From Octopus sinensis (taxonomy: Eukaryota): a stretch of 64,000 nt of DNA. The stretch covers positions 17,422,001 to 17,486,000 of the forward strand of contig NC_043023.1 in NCBI RefSeq assembly GCF_006345805.1. Direction: 5' to 3'. This document shows, in pieces, positions 54,140 to 64,000 of the stretch. Every line of letters begins with the position of its first letter. Position 1 is the first letter of the stretch. The notes beneath the pieces are model-generated. The model ran no database searches and had not been told where the DNA came from. It saw only the letters and a program-made list of their open reading frames with translations. The translations under genes were made by a program, and so were the position numbers.

Positions 54140-56566
54140 TTATGTAATATTTTGTCTTCATCATCATTGTTCGACCGTGGTCGAGACAATGGAATTTACC
54201 ATGCTACGCCAGACTTCACGGTCCATCATAGCATTACGGAGGTCCTGTTGCTGGATGCCTGTGCGCCCTCTGGTATCGCGAGCAGATGGCTTCCTGAGGA
54301 GAAGAGGAGAAATTACCTCGTTTTCAGCTCTACAACAATGTCCAGCAAACTGGACTCTCCTACCTTTCACAAGAGATGACACAGGTGGTAGTTTCCCATA
54401 TATTTGCATTTTGTTTGGATGGCGCTTCCACGAGAGATTTTGAGCTCTGATAAGGAGGCGAGTGTAGGTTCCATCCAACCGCCTCTCAAGCTTCTTTGAT
54501 AACGTCCAGGTTTCTGAGCCAAATAGTAGAATTGGTTCGACTGTGACTTTGAAGATTTCAAGTTTGAAGTCTCTACTTAGATTTGATGACCAGATCTTAT
54601 GTAATATTTTGTCTTCATCATCATTGTTTGACCGTGGTCAAGACAATGGAATTTACTATGTTATGCCAGATTTCACAGTCCATCATGGCATTACGGAGGT
54701 CCTGTTGCTGGATACCTGTATCCCTGGAGATTACATCAGGGTAGGAGAGTGTGCGCCTTCTGGTATTGCGAGCAGATGGCTTCCAGAGGAGAAGAGTAGA
54801 AATTGCCTCGTTTTCAGCTCTACAACAATGTCCAGCAAACTGGACTCTCCTACCTTTCACAAGAGATGACACAGGTGGTAGTTTCCCATATATTTGCATT
54901 TTGTTTGGATGGCGCTTCCACGAGAGATTTTGAGCTCTCACAAGGAGGCGAGTGTAGGTTCCATCCAACCGCCTCTCAAGCTTCTTTGATAACGTCCAGG
55001 TTTCTGAGCCAAATAGTAGAATTGGTTCGACTGTGGCTTTGAAGATTTTAAGTTTGAAGTCTCTACTTAGATTTGATGACCAGATCTTATGTAATATTTT
55101 GTCTTCATCATCATTGTTTGACCGTGGTCAAGACAATGGAATTTACTATGTTACGCCAGATTTCACAGTCCATCATGGCATTACGGAGGTCCTGTTGCTG
55201 GATACCTGTATCCCTGGAAATTACATCAGGGTAGGAGAGTGTGCGCCTTCTGGTATTGCGAGCAGATGGCTTCCAGAGGAGAAGAGTAGAAATTGCCTCG
55301 TTTTCAGCTCTACAACAATGTCCAGCAAACTGGACTCTCCTACCTTTCACAAGAGATGATACAGGTGGTAGTTTCCCATATATTTGTACTTTGGTTGGAT
55401 GACGCTTCCACGAGAGATTTTGAGCCCTGATAAGGAGGCGAGTGTAGGTTCCATCCAACCGCCTCTCAAGCTTCTTTGATAACGTCCAGGTTTCTGAGCC
55501 AAATAGTAGAATTGGTTCGACTGTGACTTTGAAGATTTCAAGTTTGAAGTCTCTACTTAGATTTGATGACCAGATCTTATGTAATATTTTGTTTTCATCA
55601 TCATTGTTTGACCGTGGTCAAGACAATGGAATTTACTATGTTATGCCAGATTTCACAGTCCATCATGGCATTACGGAGGTCCTGTTGCTGGATACCTGTA
55701 TCCCTGGAGATTACATCAGGGTAGGAGAGTGTGCGCCTTCTGGTATTGCGAGCAGATGGCTTCCAGAGGAGAAGAGTAGAATTGCCTCGTTTTCAGCTCT
55801 ACAACAATGTCCAGCAAACTGGACTCTCCTACCTTTCACAAGAGATGACACAGGTGGTAGTTTCCCATATATTTGCATTTTGTTTGGATGGCGCTTCCAC
55901 GAGAGATTTTGAGCTCTCATAAGGAGGCGAGTGTAGGTTCCATCCAACCGCCTCTCAAGCTTCTTGATAACGTCCAGGTTCTGAGCCAAATAGTAGAATT
56001 GGTTCGACTGTGGCTTTGAAGATTTTAAGTTTGAAGTCTCTACTTAGCTTTGATGACCAGATCTTATGTAATATTTTGTCTTCATCATCATTGTTTGACC
56101 GTGGTCAAGACAATGGAATTTACTATGTTACGCCAGATTTCACAGTCCATCATGGCATTACGGAGGTCCTGTTGCTGGATACCTGTATCCCTGGAAATTA
56201 CATCAGGGTAGGAGAGTGTGCGCCTTCTGGTATTGCGAGCAGATGGCTTCCAGAGGAGAAGAGTAGAAATTGCCTCGTTTTCAGCTCTACAACAATGTCC
56301 AGCAAACTGGACTCTCCTACCTTTCACAAGAGATGATACAGGTGGTAGTTTCCCATATATTTGTACTTTGGTTGGATGACGCTTCCACGAGAGATTTTGA
56401 GCTCTGATAAGGAGGCGAGTGTAGGTTCCATCGAACCGCCTCTCAAGCTTCTTTGATAACGTCCAGGTTTCTGAGCCAAATAGTAGAATTGGTTCGACTG
56501 TGGCTTTGAATATTTCAAGTTTGAAGTCTCTACTTAGATTTGATGACCAGATCTTATGCATGTCAT
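54140..56566 (-). repeat. Pentamer of the ~490-bp RTE 3'-end unit
   Basis: Junction positions at ~54141, 54598, 55088, 55578, 56065, 56555 (periods 457, 490, 490, 487, 490). Confidence 0.92.
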
Positions 56567-56695
56567 TGGTAATATAAATTGTATTAAGTTGTTTTGCTGA
56601 CAAAAGTAATGACTAAAGTACTAACGTGGTCGTTTCATACTTTAACAATATATTCTATGGAATAAATTTGTTCATTTAATAACTCTTCTTTACAG

Positions 56696-56824
56696 GTAAT
56701 ACAAAAATCTAGTACCGAAGCAAATACTACAATTATCAGTCACATTATTGCCGCAAATATTCCTAAAATTTCAATAACCAACCTCGATGAGCCAGTTACC
56801 ATATCATTCAATTTAATAGATCAG
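56696..56824 (+). CDS. Adhesion GPCR exon: GAIN B (…IISHIIAANIPKISITNLDEPVTISFNLIDQ)
   Basis: tttacAG acceptor, 43 codons open, donor CAG|GTAATA. I-x-NL-x-EPV-x-I-x-F motif. Confidence 0.9.
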
Positions 56825-58049
56825 GTAATATTTCTGTATTTATTATCACTGACGCTGTTGTTTTTGTTATTTATCTTTACGCCTTTCCTCACCAAGAAGA
56901 CCGATATTGAAGCACATCCCATCTGCGAACCTCATGCCATTTTCTGTTTCATTGAAGACTTCTAGAACTACTGCATCCAATGCGCAGAAGTGGCTGTGTG
57001 GTAATAAGTAGCTTGTTTACCAACCACATGGTTCTGGGTTCAGTCCCACTGCGTGGCACCTTGAGCAAGTGTTTTCTACTATAGCCTCGGGTCAACCAAA
57101 GCCTTGTGAGTGGATTTGGTAGACATAAACTGAAACAAGCCCGTCGTATATAGGTATACATATGTGTGTGTGTTTGTTTGTGTCTCTGTGTTTGTCCCCC
57201 TAAGCATTGCTTGAAAACCGATGCTGGTGTGTTTATGTCCCCGTTACTTAGCGGTTCGGCAAAAGAGACCGATAAAATAAGTACTGGGCTTACAAAAGAA
57301 TAAGTCCCGGGGTCGAGTTGCTCAACTAAAGGCGGTGCTCCAGCATGGTCGCAGTCAAATGACTGAAACAGAAAAAGGGAGAATGTTTTTTTATTCTGTT
57401 GTTATCTTTCTTTTCTTTCTTTCTTTTACTTGTTTCAGTCATTTGACTGCGGCCATGCTGGAGCACCGCCTTTAGTCGAGCAAATAGACTCCAGGACTTA
57501 TTCTTTGTAAGCCCAGTACTTATTCTATCAGTCTCTTTTCTCTTTTACTTGTTTCAGTCATTTGACTGCGGCCATGCTGGAGCACCACCTTTAGTCGAGC
57601 AAATAGACTCCAGGACTTATTCTTTGTAAGCCCAGTACTTATTCTATTGGTCTCTTTTTGCCGAACCGCTAAGTGACGGGGACAGAGACACACCAGCATC
57701 GGTTGTCAAGCGATGCTAGGGGGACAAACACAGACACAAACAACAAACATATACATGCATATATATACATATATACATATATACGACAGGCTTCTTTCAG
57801 TTTCCGTCTACCAAATCCACTCACAAGGCTTTGGTCGGCACGAGGCTATAGCAGAAGACACTTGCCCAAGGTGCCACGCAGTGGGACTGAACCCGAAACC
57901 ATGTGGTTGGGAAGCAAGCTACTTACCACACAGCCACTATGACAATATTGTGTAAATTATGGAAATACATATCGATTCATAGACGATATGAAATAGTCAG
58001 TTGCACTGTATTACAGCCAATGATATGGAATTCACAAAAGGCGGCGAGT

Positions 58050-58510
58050 TGGCAGAACCGTTAGCACGCCGGGCGAAATGCGTAGCCGTATTTCATCTGC
58101 TGTTACGTTCTGAGTTCAAATTCTCCCGAGGTCGACTTTGCCTTTCATCGTTTCGGGGTCGATAAATTAAGTACCAGTTACGTACTGGGGTCGATGTAAT
58201 CAACTTAATTCGTTTGTCTGTCTCGTCTGTGTTTAGCCCCTTGTGGGTAGTTAAAAATAAAATAGTAATTCCCTGTAATAAGGCGGCGAGCTGGCAGAAA
58301 CGTTAGCACGCCGGGCGGAATGCGTAGCCGTATTTCGTCTGCTGTTACGTTCTGAGTTCAAATTCTCCCGAGGTCGACTTTGCCTTTCATCGTTTCGGGG
58401 TAGATAAATTAAGTACCAGTTACGTACTGGGGTCGATATAACCGACTTAATCCCTTTGTCTGTCCTTGTTTGTTCCCTCTATGTTTAGCCCCTTGTGGGT
58501 AATAAAAAGA
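58050..58510 (+). mobile_element. tRNA-derived SINE family 3 (GGCGGCGAGCTGGCAGAA head), two adjacent copies
   Basis: Others at ~7420-7535, 9130-9300(-), 15280-15585, 24760-24990, 27135-27360, 43490-43680(-), 47524-47760, 60463-60695 (nested in family 1), 62675-63180(-). Confidence 0.85.
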
Positions 58511-58650
58511 AACAGACATGGAATTCACAATGTCATTAAAAACCAAGCATTGATGATCAGGGTTTGCTCAAATATTCTTTTGTCAAAATACCGAAGACAT
58601 GAATTTAATCATGTATTTAATCAAAAGTAAATTATCATAATTTTTTTCAG

Positions 58651-58791
58651 AATGCCACCAACCTGCGGTGTGTTTATTGGGATGAAATACTTGGTAACTG
58701 GTCAGGAGAAGGCTGTAAAAGATCCCACAATATATCAGGAGAGAAAGTATTTTGTTCCTGTAACCATCTGACAAGTTTTGCCATAATAATG
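58651..58791 (+). CDS. Adhesion GPCR exon: GPS motif (CVYWDEILGNWSGEGC...CSCNHLTSFAIIM)
   Basis: Canonical C-x2-W...W-x3-GC...CxCxHLTxFA GPS consensus, tttcAG acceptor, donor ATG|GTTGGT. Confidence 0.95.
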
Positions 58792-61072
58792 GTTGGTAAG
58801 ATTATGACAACCTGTAAATTACCTGTAGTTTGGATTCTTATGTACACTTGCGTCAGAAATTAATTAGCACTTCTCAAATTTATACATTAAATAGGTTAAA
58901 TCAATTAACCTATGAGCTGTTCAAAACGTCATACGCGATGAGAAAACTTAGTATGGTGTGATTTCGGTCCTTCCGAGGCGCTACCTATATCTATTAAACA
59001 AAGGAAGTTTGTCTGCATCCGCACTCCAAGTTGTTGTTGCACTGCTATGTCAACATCATAAGGCTGTAGACTCTCAAACTGCTCTGCAAACAAAGTTACG
59101 TCATCGTTCTGCGCAACAGTGAACTTGCAACAAAGCAATAGTTCGAGATATGGCCACTAGGTGACAGCACATACCTTGAGTGAAGAGCAAATCAAGGGTG
59201 CTAAGTAATTTCTGACGGTAGTGTATATGCATTAATAATTTCAAAAAGATCTATACAAGACAATGTAAGCTGTTGGTAGATATTTTAGTGTGGGTGAGGT
59301 ATTATAAATCATTGCTGTTCTTGATTCTGCTGTTGCTGTTGAGCGAACGGTCTTCGTCCCAGAGCTCGCAAGATGGGAGAAGTCCGAAACGTTCTCCTTT
59401 GCTATTCGTAAGAATCGCAGAAGAGAAAGCAGGTCAGCCCCCCGACACCGAGAGCATCGACGGATGGATGAATGCGCATCCAGGCTTAGCGGTTGCGTAG
59501 GAAGTCGGGGACAAGAAACAGGAAGAAAGAGTGAGAGAAAGTTGGAGCGAAAGAGTACAACAGGGGTCGCCACCACCCCCTGCAGGAGCCTCGTGAAGCT
59601 TTAGGTGTTTGCGCTCAATAAACACACACAACGCCCGGTCTGGGAATCGAAACCGCAATCCTCCGACCGCGAGTCCGCCGCCCTACACCACTGGGCCATT
59701 GCGCCTCCACTTGTTGTTGTTGTTGTCGCTGCTGTTGCTGTTGAGCGAACGGACTTCGTCCCAGAGCTCGGAAGATGGGAGAAGACCGAAACGTGCTCCT
59801 TTGCTATTCGTAAGAACCGCAGAAGAGAAAGCAGGTCAGCCCCCCGACACCGAGAGCATCGACGGATGGATGAATGCGCATCCAGGCTCAGCGGTTGCGT
59901 AGGAAGTCGGGGACAAGAAACAGGAAGAAAGAGTGAGAGAAAGTTGGAGTGAAAGAGTACAACAGGGGTCGCCACCACCCCCTGCCGGAGCCTCGTGAAG
60001 CTTTAGGTGTTTTCGCTCAATAAACACGCACAACGCCCGGTCTGGGCCGAAATATGATTAAGATTAATGTAAAAAATAAATAACACTGAAGCAAAGTAAC
60101 ACCAAATATATAGTGCGTGTGTTTTTATTGGCTAAACTGGCAAAATGACCATTCCGAAATACAACAATATCTGTTTCAACACACGATTTCACATAACAAA
60201 TCTTGCCCCGCAGGAGTGGCTGTGTGGTAAGTAGCTTGCTTACTAACCACATGGTTCCAGGTTCAGTCCCACAGCGTGACACCTTGGGCAAGTGTCTTCT
60301 ACTATAGCCTCGGGCCGACCAAAGCCTTGTGAGTGGATTTGGTAGACGGAAACTGAAAGAAGCCCGTCGTATATATGTATACATATGTGTGTTTGTTTGT
60401 CTGTGTTTGTCCCCCCAACATCGCTTCACAACCGATGCTGGTGTGTTTACGTCCCCGTAACAAGGCGGCGAACTGGCAGAACCGGTAGCACGCCAGGCGA
60501 AAAACGTAGCCGTATTTCCTCTGCCGTTACGTTCTGAGTTCAAATTCCGCCGAGGTCGATTTTGCCTTTCATCCTTTCGGGGTCGATTAAATAAGTACCA
60601 GTTACGCACTGGGGTCGATATAATCGACTTAATCCGTTTGTCTGTCCTTGTTTGTCATTTCTGTGTTTAGCCCCTTGTGGGTAGTAAAGAAATACGTAAC
60701 TTAGCGGTTCGGCAAAAGGGACTGATAGAATAAGTACTGGGCTTACAAAGAATAAGTCCTGGTGGTCGATTTGCTCGACTAAAAAGGCGGTGCTCCAGCA
60801 TGGCCGCAGTCAAATGACTGAAACAAGTAAAAGAGTAAAAGAGTAAAAGTAACAAATATATAAACGTAATATATATACTTTTTTTTACTTTTTTACTTGT
60901 TTCAGTCATTTGACTGCGGCCATGCTGGAGCACCGCCTTTAGTCGAGCAAATCGACCACCAGGACTTATTCTTTGTAAGCCCAGTACTTATTCTATCGGT
61001 CTCTTTTGCCGAACCGCTACGTGACGGGGACGTAAACACACCAGCATCGGTTGTCAAGCAATGCTAGGGGGA

Positions 61073-61154
<82 letters not shown>

Positions 61155-61410
61155 TACGACAGGCTTCTTTCAGTTTCTGTCTACCAAATCCACTCACAAG
61201 GCATTGGTCGGCTCGGGGCTATAGCAGAAGACACTTGCCCAATGTGCCACACAGTGGGACTGAACCCGGGACCATGTGGTTGGTTAGCAATCTACTTACC
61301 ACACAGCCACTGCTGCGCCTATTTATATTCATAATTCCTAAAATTCTTGACTAAAATATGAGAAAGCAAGGGCGAAGCAGATAATATGTTGTTACTTGTT
61401 TCTATTGCAG

Positions 61411-61529
61411 GATGTCTACCAGACCGGAAATGGACCGAATGATGAAATCTTATCTATTTTATCAAACGTTGGCTGCGGAATATCATTAGTCTGTCTAATT
61501 CTTACAATAATAATTCATGTTTGTTCCAA
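61411..61529 (+). CDS. Adhesion GPCR exon: Stachel remainder + TM1 (DVYQ...LSILSNVGCGISLVCLILTIIIHVCS)
   Basis: ttgcAG acceptor, class B2 TM1 motif S-x-VGC-x-IS-x2-CL-x-LT, donor AA|GTAAGA (phase 2). Confidence 0.93.
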
Positions 61530-61689
61530 GTAAGAATTTCAGTTTCTATTTTCTTTCATAAATTGCTTAAATATAGAGAAGCAGCTTCCGTCAGTTCCTA
61601 GGGTTCTCACGGATCGATGTGGATGATGTTTATAATAATAATGAAATTATTGTATACAGTGCTCAGGTGCACCACAACTTGTCAGAAAG

Positions 61690-62480
61690 TGCATAAAAAG
61701 TACATGCAGTAATGTGCAAATGTCTGGAAAGCGATCAGTGTATCATCCAGATACATGCTTGTGTGTGTATGGAGGGGAGAAAGTCAGGTGTAGTGTTGGC
61801 GAATCTCAGGAAGCATGGAAGTTTTGAAGGATGCAGTGCTCCGACAACTAACAACTGATGCCGGCAGTTTGTTCCATGCTTCAGCATGTGTATGGAGGGG
61901 AGAAAGCCAGGTGTAGTGTTGGCGAATCTCAGGAAGCATGGACGTTTTGAAGGATGCAGTGCTCCGACAACTAACAACTGATGCTGGCAGTTGTTCCATG
62001 CTTCAGCGTGTGTATGGAGGGGAGAAAGTCAGGTGTAGTGTTGGCGAATCTCAGGAAGCATGGAAGTTTTGAAGGATGCAGTGCTCCGACAACTAACAAC
62101 TGATGCTGGCAGTTTGTTCCATGCTTCAGCAACTCTCAGCGTGAAAAAATGTTTCCTAAAGTCATGGGAGCTGTGCTGTTTTCTTACTTTGTAAATATGT
62201 CCACGGGTGTTAGATGGGTGGAGTTTGAAGAGGTGCTCAGAGTTATTGTTTGTGCGATGGTTGATAATTTTATGGGTGTCTGCCAAGTCAGCTGCCAGAC
62301 GTCGGAGTTTCAATATTCCATGCCCAGGGAAGTAAGGCGTTCAGGATATGGCAAATGCCTGATGGAGGGTATTCTTTTGGTTGCACGTCACTGAACAGCT
62401 TCCAGACGATTGATATCCTGGGCAAGATAGGGGTTCCAGACCGGTGATGCAAATTCCAGGTGAGGTCTTACCATAGCTAT
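61690..62480 (-). mobile_element. CR1-clade LINE 3' end with its terminal ~121 bp present three times
   Basis: VRPHLEFASPVWNPY, LRRL..DL, NTRGH.YK, FFTLRVAEAWNKLP. Repeats at ~61764, 61886, 62007. Confidence 0.85.
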
Positions 62481-63690
62481 ATAAAGCCGCAGATAGATAG
62501 GAAAAAAACAGGGATGAGGAGAAATTTCCAGTATGTCACTCTGATGGGTAACTGATTGGACGGTTATTATAGGGCAAGTTTTGTGACTGACAGTAAAGAT
62601 GAAATAAAGAAAGAAAAAGAGAAGATGAGGGAGATCTATTTTGTATGTTTTAGTAGGGTTAGTTCGTAGCGTATTTATTTCTTTATTGCCCACAAGGGGC
62701 TAAACACAGAGGGGACAAACAAGGACAGACAAATGGATTAAGTCGATTATATCGACCCCAGTACGTAACTGGTATTTTATTTATCGAACCCGAGAGAATG
62801 AAAGGCAAAGTCGACCTCGGCGGAATTTGAACTCAGAACGTAACGGCAGACGAAATACCGCTAAGCATTTCGCCCGACGCGCTAACGTTTCTGCCAGCTC
62901 ACCGCCAAAAAACAGACGAAATACCTGTTTAGCCCCTTGTGGCTAAACACAGAGATGATAACAAGGAAAGAAAAAGGGATTAAGTCGATTACATCGACCC
63001 CAGTGCGTAACGGGTACTTAATTTATTGACCCCCGAAAGAATGAAAGGCAAAGTCGATCTCGGCGGAATTTGAGCTCAGAACGTAACGACAGACGAAATG
63101 CCTATTTCTTTACTACCTACAAGGAGCTAAACACAGAGAGGACAAACAAGGACATACAAACGGATTAAGTCAATTACACTTATATATATATACATATATA
63201 CGACAGGCTTCTTTCAGGAGTGGCTGTTTGGTAGCTTGCTAACCAACCACATGGTTCCGGGTTCAGTCCCACTGCGTGGCATCTTGGGCAAGTGTCTTCT
63301 GCTATAGCCCCGGGCCGACCAATGCCTTGTGAGTGGATTTGGTAGACGGAAACTGAAAGAAGCCTGTCGTATATATGTATATATATATAAGTGTGTGTGA
63401 ATATGTTTGTGTGTCTGTGTTTGTTCCCCTAGCATTGCTTGACAACCGATGCTGGTGTGTTTACGTCCCCGTAACTTAGCGGTTCGACAAAAGAGACCGA
63501 TAGAATAAGTACTGGGCTTACAAAGAATAAGTCCCGGGGTCGATTTGCTTGACTAAAGGCGGTGCTCCAGCATGGCCGCAGTCAAATGACTGAAACAAGT
63601 AAAAAGAGTAAAGAGTAAAAAGAGTATGGTGTTTTATATCTCATTAAGGTCATTATACACAGTTTTTTAAAATCACATATAAGCACAAAT

Positions 63691-63747
<57 letters not shown>

Positions 63748-63892
63748 TGTGTGTATAAATTTTAACACGTCACTTATATCCCAGCTAACTGTCACTTATA
63801 CACACATAGCTATTATTTATGCATTGAGTAATTTTCTAGAGATTTAATCTCCATTAAATGAAATATAGCTCTTTCTTTTCCCATTATTTCAG

Positions 63893-64000
63893 AACTCTAA
63901 GAAAATTAATGGTTTCAAAGATCTTAGTAAACTTGTGCATTTCTTTGGCTATCACTAATATCATCTTTCTTGCTGGGATGCAACCATATGCCTCAAAAAT
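63893..64000 (+). CDS. Adhesion GPCR exon: ICL1 + TM2 (KTLRKLMVSKILVNLCISLAITNIIFLAG...), runs off the window
   Basis: atttcAG acceptor, phase 2 matches the upstream donor. ILVNLC-x-SL motif of aGPCR TM2. Confidence 0.9.

Noticed and set aside
58929-59138. Possible Helitron helicase remnant
   Set aside because: Similarity was too weak and split across frames.

Overview
Eukaryotic, AT-rich, microsatellite- and repeat-saturated DNA. It is most likely cephalopod (octopus-like), inferred from the tRNA-derived SINE families, the repeat landscape and the gene type. The backbone is one long, intron-rich + strand gene for an adhesion GPCR: signal peptide and PAN/apple-like module (3465-3795), a Trp-rich extracellular module (5887-5978, 8813-~8952), HRM C-half (39709-39844), GAIN domain (44480-58791, with an intact GPS CNHL|TSFA), TM1 (61411-61529) and TM2 (63893-end). 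I could not locate the exons between ~9 kb and 39.7 kb, and the gene runs off the right edge. The introns hold a near-complete mariner, Helitrons, Penelope-like elements (PLEs), RTE/CR1/R4-like LINE fragments, many SINEs, an RPL23A retrocopy fragment, nested segmental duplications and several TE-derived tandem arrays. Almost all ORF-track entries are spurious microsatellite or SINE translations. The most interesting signal is a set of minimal type I hammerhead-ribozyme-like motifs found by eye, with three different Watson-Crick pairs at core positions 3-8: C-G in a PLE, G-C in a perfect 283-bp palindrome, and U-A in a non-coding 364-nt tandem repeat that looks like a retrozyme/circRNA template. 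Also notable is a fixed-length ~490-nt RTE 3'-end unit that disperses as head-to-tail multimers.
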